64,000 nt of DNA from Trichoplax adhaerens (lineage: Eukaryota; Animalia; Placozoa), in the NCBI RefSeq assembly GCF_000150275.1, contig NW_002060947.1, forward strand, positions 3,526,980 through 3,590,979, read 5' to 3'. Both the position numbers and the translations under genes were made by a program. Positions 27,659 to 42,754 of this stretch are shown here, piece after piece; positions within the stretch are counted from its first letter, which is position 1; each line of letters starts with the position of its first letter. The notes below the pieces were generated by a model. It worked only from the letters and a program-made list of their open reading frames with translations, ran no database searches and had not been told where the DNA came from.

Positions 27659-30643
27659 TTCGATAGTATCGAATGCCTTGCTAATACGTGTACAAGCACC
27701 ATTAAATGATATGTGAACAAATACCAATTTATTACTTCAAACCGCGAAGTTTCGACTGCAAATTTTATCGCTAAAATTGAAGATGCGGGTTACACCCGTA
27801 TTCTCACGATTAAACTAAGAATTTGAAGCCAAAAACTGTAAAGCAGCAGTGTAAAATGCTAATGAGATACAGTCCATAGATTTAACGATCACGATCATTA
27901 AACATAAACCAGAAGCGGATAAAATCCCTAAACTGCATCTAATCCACTTTAATTAATATCACTGTGTTATATATGGTGATACAATACAATATCTGTAATA
28001 TGATTGATTGAAACTTGTGACATGTGACCCACAGCTAGTAAGATGTCGCGTATTGTGGTATCCAAGATGATTGATAGCTTGTCCTCCTTTTTAAACTTTC
28101 ATTTGCGAAATCGAATCAGTTTATGAACCTAGCAGTAATACTTGATGCAGCATGTTTATGATCGCAAACATAGAGGATTATTAACTCTATTCCAGTACTG
28201 GGAGACTATGATAATAAAGTGTAGGTAATAGCAAGATTAATTTACTGGTTAATAGACGCACGTAGTAAATTTAGTTTACGGACGATGCCAAAGGCCACCC
28301 CTTGATGAGTGATAAATATCTATAAATAATTTAATTTAATTTAATACTCAGGAGACCCTAAATTAGAGTCGCTAGTAGAAAAGGCTTATAGTTGGCCCAT
28401 ACATGGACTACAAGAAATATTTGTAGTCTATGGTCCACGGTAAGGTACTGTAATCTATCCAGATCTTTTACACAGCATGGTCAGCGTGGTATATAGAGTA
28501 CCGTTACAACCAGTCAATAACGAACTAACGCTACTCACTGGTAATACTGTCAACAAAGACAATAAGCAGACAGCGTACACGCCCAAAATATCAGTTTGCG
28601 AACTGTGATTGTATTTACTGAAAAATAAATGGCAATCAACGATGTAGTACATCGTAATTCTTGAGCTAATACGGACAGGAAAATAGAAAGTTGTATGTGT
28701 CGTTGTTATGTATTATATTGTGACACTAGGTCAATAATACTTGACAGAGTTAAACACGTTAAAGTAGCTTTAAACACAAAATCACTTTATTCTCGATTGC
28801 CTTCCCATAAATTACTTATGATAAGTATACTGCATCAGAGTCATATGCATAACAAGTCTTATACATAACATACGTGGTTAAAAATTAGCGTGAAAATATC
28901 AAAGCTGGCTGCATCTACCTGTATTCATTTTAAGGTTTTGATTGAAAACCTACTTTTATGCGTGTGTCACCTACAATTTGGAATTCAAATCTAACGTAAA
29001 GTGTACTAGCACAATATGCTATCACTTCGCTGACAGAGACGTTGGTACTTTGTACAGTATGCAGTTTTATATAGCAGCTAAGGTAGATAATCAAGTTAGA
29101 TAATCGATACAGGATAGCAGAAGAGGTAATAAATTAGTTAAGCGTAGTAATATCCGCAGTTATAACGTAAACTACCCCGTTAATTTAATATATTTTATCA
29201 GATCTAAATTTATGCAACGTACACGATCGTATTAGATACTATAGAACATAACGTAAAAAATAAAATAGCTAGTATCGCATACTCACACAAATCGCTACTG
29301 CATAGTATATAAGTTTACAGTAATATATAACAACCAGGATCAGAAAACATTTCTTTGTATTTTTACCAAAATTTTTTGGTAGCCTTGTAATTACGAGTAA
29401 TGATTTTATGCTAAATACAGTACTAATCTTTAAGTCAATTGTGAATTTTGCGCCGGCATCACCGTGCTGCTTCTCATTTTTATATTACCAACAATAAAGT
29501 CGAAAGCATCTTAAATGAGAAAAGGAAAATCTTCCATTCTGCTTAATAAGCTATTCGCATATGAAAGCAAGAACTTTTACATGTAAAAAGTCCGCGATTA
29601 CATATTAAATCACTTAAAACTACACACTCTTATGTCAGATATACGACTAATGTTATTTTATATGATGTAATGTATTAGTAATTGTCATATCTAATGACAC
29701 GTATTTTACTAGCGTGGAGAAGATATGTTATTGTAATGTTCAACTCATTAAATTACACATTAATACAATATTACAACAGATTATACTGTGATTATATCGC
29801 TGCTACTACAGCTTATCACCATTATTAGATTATTTCTAGTTTAAACTAGGCGCTGAAAGATAATATTACATTAAATAACCGTTATCAAATACTTTGAGAG
29901 TTAACCCTAATTCACATAACTTATAATTATATTAAAATTAAATTATTGCCAATTCATGAATCACGATACAAATTTTCAGTGAATTATTTAATGATGGTAA
30001 ACAGTTGTTTTTATGAAAGAATTATCTGCAAAAAGCAATGATAAAAATACGCGTACGGGAATATAGGTGCAACGGATTAAAGGTGAGAATACGCATAGTA
30101 GTAATGGGCAGTAGGAACTCCAAAAGATACTATAGGAGCTAGTTTACATTATAAGTGAAGATCACTGCACGTAGTGCGAGAGAGGTGAGAAACAGAAAAC
30201 ACGCTATGGTATAAGCGTATATAAAGAGCTACTAAGATCTTCTAGTAGCCTATGGCTGTGTATATATTTATTCAACCAAGTAACCTACCAATCCGCAAAA
30301 TAGACTTAATAGAGTGACAAAATTACCTTTTAACATTCACTTAGAATTGCATAAATAGAGAGTAATAATATGCTCGTAAATAGATAATTCCAACATTATC
30401 CGTATATACAGCAAAGAAAAAGAGTTAAAATCATAAATAGTGAATACTAGGCCGTCAGTATTACCTCATTTTTGCCATTATTAATTACAGCAATCAGAAA
30501 GTACTCTATATAATAGATTGTACAATAACAGTATCTCATACAAAGATGCATATAGAATCGAAACGATCTGTATACTGCTGTCGCCATAGTCGCAGTTAAA
30601 TATTAAACCTTCAATCAGAAATTATATCTTGGTTATCAGAGTT

Positions 30644-33600
30644 TCAGTTCTGCGTAACGTTGGCAAAACCATGTTGATGATTTGTATGATTTCCGAAAGC
30701 GAGAACTAATTGATATACAGATAGCCCCGTTCCAGCGACGCAACATAAGCAACCAAAAATGCCAATAATAATATCTTTCGCAAGTATCCAATAGGAAATA
30801 GAAGAACGGTACGAGTAATCCGTTCCAATCTTAATTATAGCAGGAAAAATTATACACAACATACTGCCTAAGAATGCTCCCAGTAATGAAATAACTAGAC
30901 CCAGCTTAGGAACTGCAATGGCCATAGCCGCTGAAAAAATATATACGAAACCATATTAATGTGAATTTACTCGCTAAAATTTTGATACTGAATTCATTGG
31001 CACTTCATAATAGCCGGGCGAGTATTGCTAATGTGATATTCTATGCAGTAATTAAAGTAATTACCGGTACCTCACAGAGTATATCGTGCACATATAATGT
31101 ACCGCTAAAGTAGGATATTCTAAAGCTGTTTTATGCTTAAGATCTTATCGATTATAGAATCAAATTCAGAAATGCTCGTATGCTATTTACCTGTTACAAT
31201 AACCATTAGAGTTCGATATGCTAGATCAATTGATGCTATTTTGATCTCGCTAGCTTCAGCTAATACAGTACGTTTCCAATATGTTATAAGGAGATTTGTT
31301 GGGACGTAGAATTGTAGTAGGTATGAGAAAAAAATACTGGTGGCATATAAACCCCGAACGCTCAGATATAGACTAAAAAATAGACAGAGAAATTGTTAGC
31401 ATGATCATTCTTAAGCATCTACTTCATAAAGAAAAGTTGATTGCTGTTAAAAAACGATTTTTTTGCAATTAAGATATTCAAATATACTACCATGGTACAG
31501 TAAAACAAAGATTAGAAGTAACAATTCTATACTGATAACTTTGATACATGTACGATAATAAATAAAGACAGTAGTAATTTAGAGGTTGGATAGGTAATAT
31601 AACCAAACTAATGATAAGTAATTTTAGAAAAATGAAGAATGCAAAGTGCGAACTTTTATAAAAATTTTCCCAGATGAAATACTGTCTTTGCAATTTACTT
31701 ACGGTGTTCTTGGTAAATTAAGTGTAATGCTGCCCTTACTGTGGGAGCCGTAACGAAGATAACCTCCTACAGCCATCAACATGTAGCAGGTTGCTGTAAA
31801 AATCTGCGCTGCCCACAAAATTTTACCAAAATTTTGTGGCTTTTTCATTCTATTTTCTAGTGGAAGAACCTATGACAGAAACAATTCTGTCTATAAACTC
31901 ATAAACAGGTTTCATGTTTACGTTACTTTTATCTAATCCGTATTGGAAAGTATCTGTAGAAGAGCTAGGACAATAAATATTATAATTCCATCTACAATAA
32001 AGAATAATACTCACCATACATATGCCTTCAAAAGCAAAAATGATAGCTCCAATCGACAAAGGAATAACATTAGGGGATGCAATTAATGGTAGCTTTTCTA
32101 TATGATGGATACCTTGAAAGATGTACTGGTAAATAATGATTAAACCAATGACCAAGCAAATATTTGCGAAAAATGAAAAATAAGCCAGGATATCTAGTGA
32201 GCGGATGTAACTGAAAATTATAAGTGGAGGTACCAGTAGCAATATCCATATTCTTACGTCAAAATGACCAATTAACTAATTGTATAAAGAAATATATGAT
32301 TGACTCAAGTTAAATGGTTCCTATACATGGAGTACATACAATATATCAGGTCTAACGTTAAAACTTTCGATATACTCTGACTTATCAACTTTACCAATCT
32401 TTTGTTTTATAACATTACATGATATTGTAAACCTATGGGATTGTTACTTAATTGAAGGCTGTTAAGTAAAATCTTTTTATACCTGTTTAAGATTTTCTGC
32501 AATGAAAAGTATATACGTGGTGGAAAAACTGTACTGTAGCAACCATATAGCACAGTTAACGAGTTTTCTATTAGGAAAGTTATAAAATAAGCATTGTAGG
32601 CTTAAAATTAGGTGGATATACGTAGTTCTACTTTTAAGTCATAGTTATAAAACTTTTATAAGGCATTATTAGTTAACTGCGTGACAATCCAAGTATTAGT
32701 TAAAATGAACATGATATTTATCTATAAATTTTATCAAAATTTACGCGAAAATTTCCATAAATACAGCATGATCATTCGATATCTTTATTATAATTATCAA
32801 GACTGGCAAAAATTTTTAGAGTACCTCACTCAATAAGTCATTTCCTTCATAATAGCTTTAGTAATGAACAGTTTGGAAAACCTTATGTAACTCGCTAACT
32901 TATCTCCGGTGAATAATATTTACATATCATCGATATAAGGTAATAGTAAAGAATGTTTTTAAAATGATTAAACTAGAATTTTTATTTACTTTGCAAACAG
33001 TACTTTCGACATTATAGCAATTTTATAGAATTATGATTTAAGCTCCTTAATATCTCTTTATTTAAAAATATCATAAAGTGTGTTTTAAAATCCTTAGCGC
33101 ACAAAAAAGTCGGATTTTTATATTATGTAAAATTTGCGTCTTTCACTTTTAAAATGTTAGTTCAGATTGCAATTCTAAACATATAATAGTTTACAATTTA
33201 AATAATTCAGTAAAAGAAATACTATAATGTCCAGCTTTGCAGAAAGTATAAGATGCTATAAAACTGCGTTTATTATAATAACATTCTTAACTAACCTAAA
33301 ATATTGGGATTTCTTTGGAAAAACCTTATCGATACTTAATTCAGCAGTTTTTCCATAATCGGCACATGGAGTCTTGATACTGAATTAGGTAAAATTATTG
33401 CATTAGTGGATAAATTACGTTCAATGATGTGGTTGTAGATGCATCATAATTATTTAAATTTTAAATAAGATCCAAAATGATAAACATTTAATATTTTCTG
33501 CCGCCATTTATATGCAGTAATAGTGTAATATTTGTAAATAAGCAATTGAATATGTTTAAATAAAGATTTTTAATGTAAAGACTTACTGTTTGCTGATAAT

Positions 33601-35801
33601 TTGGCTACTAAGAACCAAGATATGCATGCAATGAGTGGATGTGATGGCCATAATCAGAAGGAGTGAAGGTCCAAACTAAAACACAAGAGAACATTTGTAG
33701 CATAGATCGTCAAGCAATGCTAGTGATGTGCTATTAATCTAATCTGAAATTAAACGTATATGTTACATTGGATGAGATATAAACAGGAAAATACTATATT
33801 GCCGTCAAGATTTACATTACCACAACAAAGATCAGTGAACTGAATATTTAAGCTTTTATCAAATATTGAATGCGATATCATAGATTTCAGGATAGAAGTT
33901 TGGAACTCATATATTAAAACATCAAAGAATTTGTAGTTTATTACTTTACTATAGGATTGAATGTGGTTGAATTAATTTTCAGCTAGAATTTAAATCGACA
34001 GGAAGCCGAAAAGGGGAAATTCGTTGTATATTAGTGATATTACCATCAATAGTGGTGACTGGTAGTATTCCTTATAATGAAAAATAATATTTTATTTGTC
34101 GTCGTAAATATTTTGTATGAAAGTCATATCATTCGATTCCAATGTAGCGTTATATATGATGATATCGAAATTAACTTTTATTGCATAAAACTTAACCGTT
34201 GGACAGATTTAGCAAATGCTCAGTAACAGTGGCAACACTCATAATTTAACAAATTATGCAATCGACTGGCGGATATTTTAATATCGATTATTGAATGCCT
34301 AAATAATAATGTGCTAATATACAGTATTGATAATCATGGATAGTACTGGTAAAATATGTATTACTTAACATTATCTGTTAAAGAAATTCATAAATTTAGC
34401 ATTATGAATGAACTAACTACAACAATAAATTGATTACTATAAAAATTTAATCTATTTATACGCGATGCGATGGTATAACTGTCTAGTTAAAATAAAAAAA
34501 ATTCGGTATTGGTAAATTAAATCGTATGTATTATTGGATGCACTGCAATAGGGAGCAAAGCAATTTGATCGCACCATCTTTACAGCTAATACTATATCTT
34601 ATATTCAACTGGTTGCATCACTGTCAATCAATTATGCTGCTGTAGATAATCTATAGACAGCTTAATAATTTGTCAGTTATTATACTATTATGGAAGATAG
34701 GGCGACAGGTCCTTAGTGGTTACTATATGTATCGTGAAGGTGTTATCGGGTAAAATTATCATAACCAAGGAATAAAATGAGGAACTATTTCAGTGAATAG
34801 TATTTGTGTAGGTTTATCAATTAAACTATGTATCGCGGTGAAAAATATAAGTAAGATAAATAAGTTTATCGCAGTACCACAGCTCTGTACACAAACTACC
34901 GCATTTTTAGTTATACTAATGTCGTATAATGCTCAGTAATGTATATTACTTAAAACGGAAAAGCAAAGATTCGCATACAATGTTGTAGAATAGTAAGAAA
35001 GAGAAATATACCACTAATCCGGCGTGTTTCATAGCATAGGGCAGAGCCAATATACCGGTTCCGATATTGCCTTTTACCATACTCACAAATCCTTCCCAAT
35101 CCCTAATAGAATATATATGTACAATAGATAGCGGGATTAACTATGGCAATCGCAGCAATCGTTATATATATATTACTTAATATTTTGATGTTACTATAAC
35201 GGTTATTGTAATAATAGTTAACAATATCATACAAGATATAGAAGAATCACATATTATAATTTTTTATTTTACAATAACAGAAAGAGGGATTTTACGATTT
35301 ACGTGCGCTACGATTACAGGAACAAATAATACAACAAGACAATTTTATTTACTGAAAAACCGTATTATATTAGAGTCCTTGCGCTTCTATTAAAATGTGG
35401 CATAGATAATATAGAGACAAAGTTAGTCTTATAGTCTATATGTTACGATAAATTGAACGATAGCACTACAACATTGCAACTAATTTCGTTGTTAATACTG
35501 CATTAACAAGTAGAGTTTGGCCGTAGTTCACTATATGATAGCAGTTAATTTGAGAAGCAAAGAACGAAACAACAGCGTTTGTAATCTTCTAAATTTATGA
35601 AATAGTGAAAATAGGAGTTTTATACCTCAAAAGATTGCCTTGATCAGCGTTACAACTTCGTTCATTCTCCGGCAATAATCCTTCGTTCTCATTGGTGTCT
35701 ATATCTGAATATTGTCCCTCATCTTTATTGCTATCCTCTGGATTTGAAAGATATTTATTCAACTCGCCATCATTATTCATTTTAGTAGTATCGGACGCCA
35801 T
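30644..35801 (-). CDS. SLC36 / PAT transporter, tandem copy B, 9 exons
   Basis: Same exon structure as copy A; MVKGNIGTGILALPYAMKHAG, HCMHILV, IFAFEGICMVLPLENRMKKP, SITLNLP, LQFYVP, IIFPAII. Confidence 0.9.
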
Positions 35802-38800
35802 GATTATCTTCCGTAATTACAAGTAGTATTAATTGCGAGAAGGAATTTCAATCTATCATCAAAAGTTGAGTTGAGCCCTGAGGATTCGACTAATAATTTT
35901 AGTGCTAAAATTTCGATACAGATTACACTCATACATTCATAACTAACTAAAATTACTAATAATTAGAATTGAAAAGCAGGGTCCAGATGACCCTGTGTTA
36001 CAATCTATGACTTTATCTGTCACTAGCTTCTAAACTTGTTATAGTACGATAAGGAGTGATTCTTCCAATCTAGCAGTTTCCACTTCAAATAGCGTTGTAC
36101 ATTAAGTAATTTACTGCTGATTCAATATACGTATTTGCATAGATTAATAACTAAAATAATTATAATTATATTATAATCACGTATGCGCAGTGCACTACTA
36201 ACTGCGGCAATATGATGGTGATTATGATCTTTTTATGGACTAATCAAATAATGGCAATTATAGTACAATCGAAGTACAGTTCTGCAGACTGTAGTCTACA
36301 GTAATGGGTTGGCATGCATTATACATATATTGTTGTACTATACCGTCATATCGCTGTATCTATGCCCTTAGGGCTTAGGTTCTAAATACATCCAAAAGAA
36401 TGAATCAGTCAAGAGTATAATTGCGACGTCGATTTGTAAGCAACGATGCGGGATAACTAGCGGTAAATAGGATAAGACAGGCGTGGACCTTAGCTACAAA
36501 TCCCCAGAACTTTTGTAGTAAATGCACGACTAGCACAATTAAAAAGAATTGTTTAAAAAATTTGCTATTTGTTAACCTAACCGTCCGGTATACATCAGTG
36601 CAGTAATCTCAAGTGATGTTGGCAGAACCACTAAAATAATTAATTACTTTACAGTTTCTTATATATAGATACTTTTTCTTGCATAGGTCCTAGTGTTGAC
36701 GGCCTAGCTTTTCTGTTCTACTCTACTATTCTTGTAATAAGCAGTGCAATAGACGTAATAAATCCATTAATAGGGAAAGAAACCAATTAGTTCGTATTAC
36801 TTATAAGTACGAAAAGATTTTGGAAAAATTTCTTTTTAGTGTAAAGATGTTAAATGAGCACATTATCGTAAACCGTCAGTAAAGCGACGGGAGTTTGCAC
36901 TAGTTTATTATGAATTATAATGATGTACCGTACACCTTTTCCGCCTTTGGAGTTATAATTTTTAATCCATATATCGATAGTAGCGTTAGACGATATTTTA
37001 CGAGTACTATCTTAATAAAGTAGACGGCCTAATTTTCTACCGTGATTGCAAATGAAAAAATTTTACCACGATGAATTAATTGCAGGCCACTATACAGTAA
37101 AGTAGATTCCAATTTGAGCCTTAATTGAAGTCGGATCATATCTGATATGGCTGGTATCACACAATGACATATTTCTTTCCATGTTCTTACTTATCCAATG
37201 GCGAAGAATAATCTGCTATGAACTAGTGAAAATTCAGACTGCACGTTAATCCTGAAAATATACACTCCCTATCTCGTACTGAAAGTCACAATTCTAAACT
37301 AATTGCACCATTTATGATCTCCTTTTATTAATTATCGATACTAAATTATATTAATAGCATCTTGCACCAGGAAATGAATTTTCCTGACTGCATTCAATGA
37401 ATCATGACGTCAGTATATATTACACAGGGACGTTTATCAAGAAACCTTATAAGATTGTATATATATACAAATGATACCATTGGATAAAAGCCATAATATA
37501 TGTTAAGTATACAAATGATATTATTTTATACAAGATTATGTACGCGTATTCATAAAACTATCGTATTTGGCGACTTGCATCATTATAGGCGAGACAAAGT
37601 CATGTTATTCTAATAATATTTTGATCGTTAAATTAGTCGTTTGATAAACGATCGCGAAAGATTTTAACTGTAGATACTGTAGCACATCACTGACACTAAA
37701 GCTAATAATAAAGATCGCTACTATAAATTCGTTTTGAACTATTGTAGATATTGAAGAAATAAGAAGTTGAAGAATCGCGATCAGATATTTCGTGAGATAA
37801 TTTTATTATGTCTCCACCTAACTTGCAGTCGAAATTAAATTGTTACAAACTTACAAATAATGACGAAGTGTCGCAAAATTTCAAATGAATTAACTTATAA
37901 CCTTTTCATATTCGCTCTTATTTTAATGAGAATAAACAGTTATTCTTATGAAGAATTACCTATGGAAATAACTCCCAACATGGAAAGGGAAGTACTCGTA
38001 TAACACATTTAGACTAAAATAGAAATATTTTTCTATCTAATAACGTAGTCTATCCGCCACTAGAAATACGATCATTTCTCAAATAATGGTCTTAGAATAT
38101 ATACCTTTCACTAGTCCTGCAATCTACTTTGCTACGGGCATATTCGATATTAGACATCGTAACGCTGTCAGCATATAGAAATATGCAAGAATTCACAGAA
38201 GTGTGGATGAAATCTTATACCAATAATCATTTAATCTGCCTCAATTATTAATAGCAAAAGTAATGTAAGGTATCAAGATATACGCCAGTCGCTAAATTAT
38301 GCTATAATTTTCTAACTTTGACCATTATCTATCATAACGTAGCATTAGGTGAGCATTACATAAAGAACAGTAGAACAAGAGAGAATACGTGTATGTTTAA
38401 AATTAAATTTATGCTAGAAAAATGACTCATGCTACTATTATTGATATGAAATATCAACATTTTATAAATTAGTCACGCGAAATCGGCAAACTTGCTGTGT
38501 TACTAGGTCATTGCATGCTATGTAGTCGTCTACGTACAGTGTGACATACAAACACGCTGCGCCTGCTTACCTGCCTGAGGTATGCATTTAATAAAGCAAA
38601 TCTTAGTAACTTTGCATATGCCTGAAAGTACGAAGAGAGCATTTTATTTCAATTTATTTCTAAAAGGAAATAATGCAAATCCTCAATTCTAAAAGGTAGT
38701 ATTGAAATACTTTTGAAATAATTGACAACAAAATCATTAGGATCTTCTTTGATCATTAGTCTCAACGATCACATGAATAGACTGGCGCTTGCATTATTCG

Positions 38801-39026
38801 TAATACTGTAATTGTATAGGTGATATAGTGGTCTAAGTACATCAATTGATTCACATTACATCATCGCTCATATTAAGTTGAAAGTAGAGAATTTAATTTA
38901 CGATATCTACATTCGTTTTTGTACAGCTGGGTGGTCGCGATGTCACGAAAGAAAAGAATAATCCAGAGTGACTGCCTAAAATAGTAATACTTTAATAAAA
39001 AATTACTAGCACTTGCTCCTACACGA

Positions 39027-42000
39027 TTAACGCTTCTCAGGTTTTAAGGTTGGAGGTTTGAAAGCCGTCTTTTGATACTTTTCTTTATGTTTACTAACTC
39101 CTCCAGTTTTAAAATTCCTCCAATTATCAACTCTGTTCGTTCGAGATTTCTAAATATGCAATAAAGAGGAATTACAGTTACTATATGAAGAAAATCTATC
39201 AGCGTAGGGATGCAGTAAAATTTCGTTAGATAACTCAACGCTGGCAATTCATCTATACTATTTTCTTGTTTATACCGTATTTATGTAATAGTATAATCTT
39301 GAATTCATACATAGTTCACGCTATAATTGTTTATCGGTTGATACATAAATACGATAGGATATAGATATACAGTCAGTTACCTCCCAAGCATCTTTGAACT
39401 TTGCCTCCTTCTTTTTTCTTTCTTCTTCTACTATTTCTTCGTTCCTTTGACGCTTTCTACAAAGAGATTAAATTAACTAAACGTGCATCTATAAAAGATA
39501 ACTTTGAAACATCTAATGCATATAAACAGGTAGTGCGCAATGATATCTTTAATAGATAAACTATTCCGATTTTAAGAGCTCCAAATTGATGTTTTTAAAT
39601 TACTTTTCTTCGGTTTCTCTCCTTTCTAATTGCTTTCTTCTTAATTCGTAGTCGGCAAACAATTTAACTGTAGTGTTACGAACGAATTTCTTCATCTAGA
39701 TATGTAAAAGAATTACTCCAATTTAATTTTAAAATAGCATACAATCTTGGCTAAATTTTCATATCTTTCTTCCGATATCAAACGTTGTTACCAATTCAGG
39801 GTCTTTATCTTCCTCTATAGGTAAGTTGCCTAACTTTTTCGCCTCCTTACGCTTATCAGATAACTAAAACAGCATGATAATGTGGTGGGTGAAAGGTGAT
39901 CAGTATTGCTACTTAATATATATATACTAAAAATCTAAAATTGTATTTCTATCGCACAAATACATGTTCAGAATTGCATTATATCGTATGAATATGATAG
40001 GCATATGATTTTTACTTTTTTACTGGATAGGGCCTTGGCATCTTCTATAATTTGCAATATTTTCTTAGTTTCATCTTCATCTTCCAATAATTTATAAGCT
40101 TTACTAATAGCTATCAGGAAATAAATAACGTATCAATACATTGTATAGCTAACGAATCATTGTATGCTCGCATATTCATTTTGGCTAAAAATTAGGTCGA
40201 AAGACATTTTCATCATAAATAAGCATAATTGATAGTAACTGTTATATGTTGCAGATACAGTCAAAAATACTAGCACGGACTATCCTAATAATTATTTTAG
40301 GTTTCAACTCCGAAATTGATAAAATTTTTAGCTTGCCGAGACTACTGGCCTGCTGCAGTTTTAACAGCCATGTTACTAGGAAACTGGTAGGGATTATTGA
40401 ATGACTTTTAAGAAATTGCCGAAATGTTTTCAAATCATTGGCTAAATTAACAAGAGTCTACTACTCATACAGTGTAATATTAATCATCTTGTGCTTAATC
40501 AAGTACCGTAGTATCCCTAGAAATACACAAGCACATGCAAAATTCTGCTGTATGAATAATGTAGGGTTATTTACATTTACTCATTTAGATTACACACATT
40601 AAGATCTCACCATCAAACGCTTTACGAGCTGATTCTTCTCGTTCTAGATTCTTGTCAGGATGTACCAGTATAGAGAGCTAATAAGAGAATAGGATTTTCC
40701 AAAATGATTACAATCGAATTAGCGTTGGTATGCGTCCATTGTACAGTATGGTGACAAATCGTATATAAAGAACATTTGTAAAATTAAGATGGGTACATGA
40801 ACGCGATTTAAACTCTTTGTTACTGTAAAGTAAAATAAACTTTGTAGGAGGTAGTGTTATTATCATAATCAATTTATTACCGTTCGATATTTTTTCTTCA
40901 GTTCGGTTTTATCGGCTGAAGGATCAGCTTGCAATACCTGAAAATGTGTAAAATAAAGATAAGATTTCAACTTGATGGAATACGTTATCAAAGACGATAT
41001 AGATTGCATATTGTAGTGCAATAGTAAGACACTACATCGGTGTCCAAAAAGTTCAAGCCGCAATTTTGTACACTGTATTTTGAAGTTGAGTAGTTGAAGC
41101 GGATTTAAAAATGATAACGTGCTGGCTTATAGACAGTATTATTGTCTTTATCAAATGCTGTATTCCAACATATTATCATAATACAGTAGTGGCAAAGGAC
41201 GTAGAAATGATAGTACGCAGCACTAACTAGTTGAAAGCAGTGTGTTTGTCGCTAGCTATCTGGTGAATTAGACCATATCATGACGCATAATCAACGTTAA
41301 TTATAATCCGAGTTAGCAGTGTATCATGTACATGTATATCAAGACTTTAGCTAAGCTTCCGATAATAATCAAATCATTAAAACTTTGAAAGTAAGATAAC
41401 CCTACAGTATCTTGCACAATATTGTTTGAGGTAAGCTGAATTTTGTGAATAAGGTTTTAATGGTAGTATTGTACGCTTGAACATGATTAGCAATAACTCA
41501 CTACAAAGGTGAAGGACAGTAAATTTTTTATATTATAAGATTAAGTACATATACATCCTATTTGCCGATGAACTAATGATTTGTATTGTTGATGAGTCAG
41601 TTGAAAGGAGAAGACTGCATGTAAGAGCCCTGGTAAGAATGTAAAGTACATGTCGACATGATCAAATGTAAGGATTTCCAAAATAGCGAGTGATTTTTTT
41701 GGATATGTTGTACACGTACATATATTGTATAGTCAAGGTAATGATCTAGGTATTTTACAGTTACAGTACAATACAATGATGAAAAATGATGATACGGCTA
41801 AGTTACAAACCTCGAAAGGGTTTAGATTAAGATAACTGGATCCAGGTTTAGTGAGGCGTTGAATTTGTTGCTCACTTGTTAGTACGGAATCGCGTTTTTC
41901 AATAGCTTTGACCTAAAATGGAATGGTAATGACAGAATTGGGTAGATTGAGCTTTGAGCCCTTTTCACCAGGCAACGAAAATACGAGTATGCCCATCGAT

Positions 42001-42093
42001 GATTATGCAATCGTTTGGGAGAGATATTACCTCTGTCAGGAAATTCTTGAAACTATCATCTGGTGGATTTTGATTCGTTCCGCCACTTGCCAT
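39027..42093 (-). CDS. DNAJC8: DnaJ homolog subfamily C member 8
   Basis: MASGG..FKNFLTE|VKAIEKRDSVLTSEQQIQRLTKPGSSYLNLNPFE|VLQ..|LSILVHPDKN (HPD motif)..SRTNRVDNWRNF..AFKPPTLKPEKR*; colinear with DNAJC8. Confidence 0.92.
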
Positions 42094-42234
42094 ATTGAAT
42101 GCTTGCAGTTGCTATCAACAGCAATTTTACACCTTCCAACGATTGGATCATTGATGGACAATTTCACCTTGATCCATTGGATTGGCGGGTACAGTGAAAA
42201 GCGCACCAAGATTGTGTGCGAACAGTTCAGTCCA

Positions 42235-42560
42235 CTGTATACTGTAGCTGTCCTCGTACCGTACACTGTACTGTGTACGGTACGTACAGTACAGTACTGT
42301 GGCGGCTACAGTACGGTACGACGGATGGAAAACTGGGGTGACATTTTCAATTGAAAAGACTGTACAGTGTACAGTACTGTATTGTACAGTATACTGTACA
42401 CTATACACTGTACTATATTGTCATTCAATGTACTGTACAGTACACTGTACTGTACAATAGTCAATACGCTACTTTACAGTACCGAGTACTGTGAACTGTA
42501 CAGGGTACTGTAAGTATTATACTGTAAAGTCGCTCAGTTATACTGTATTTGTAAGGCACT
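42235..42560. repeat. Mixed TA-CAG/CTG/CCG/CGG-TA array upstream of DNAJC8
   Basis: e.g. cgTAccgTAcactgTActgtgTAcggTAcgTAcagTAcagTActgt and ctgTAcagtgTAcagTActgTAttgTAcagTATActgTA. Confidence 0.85.
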
Positions 42561-42754
42561 GAAATATACTGTACATACTCTCGTTGTGCAACAAACCTCA
42601 AATTAAGAACTGTATCTCTAAAAAAGGACTACTCTACAGTACTGCATGTCTGCATACAGTAATCAGGATTAATCATGAAAACAAAGAAAACCTCTAGGGA
42701 TATTTTCTTTCTTTTACCTCGATGGGAAAAACCCAGTTCACCTTTCAATTTTTA

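Noticed and set aside
28402-28432. Imperfect 12-bp hairpin catggactacaa..ttgtagtctatg
   Set aside because: Short and single; no second copy or target-site duplication seen.
41923-42408. Overlapping ORFs 41923-42354 (+), 42036-42266 and 42148-42408
   Set aside because: Antisense or off-frame to DNAJC8 exon 1, extended by pentamer arrays.
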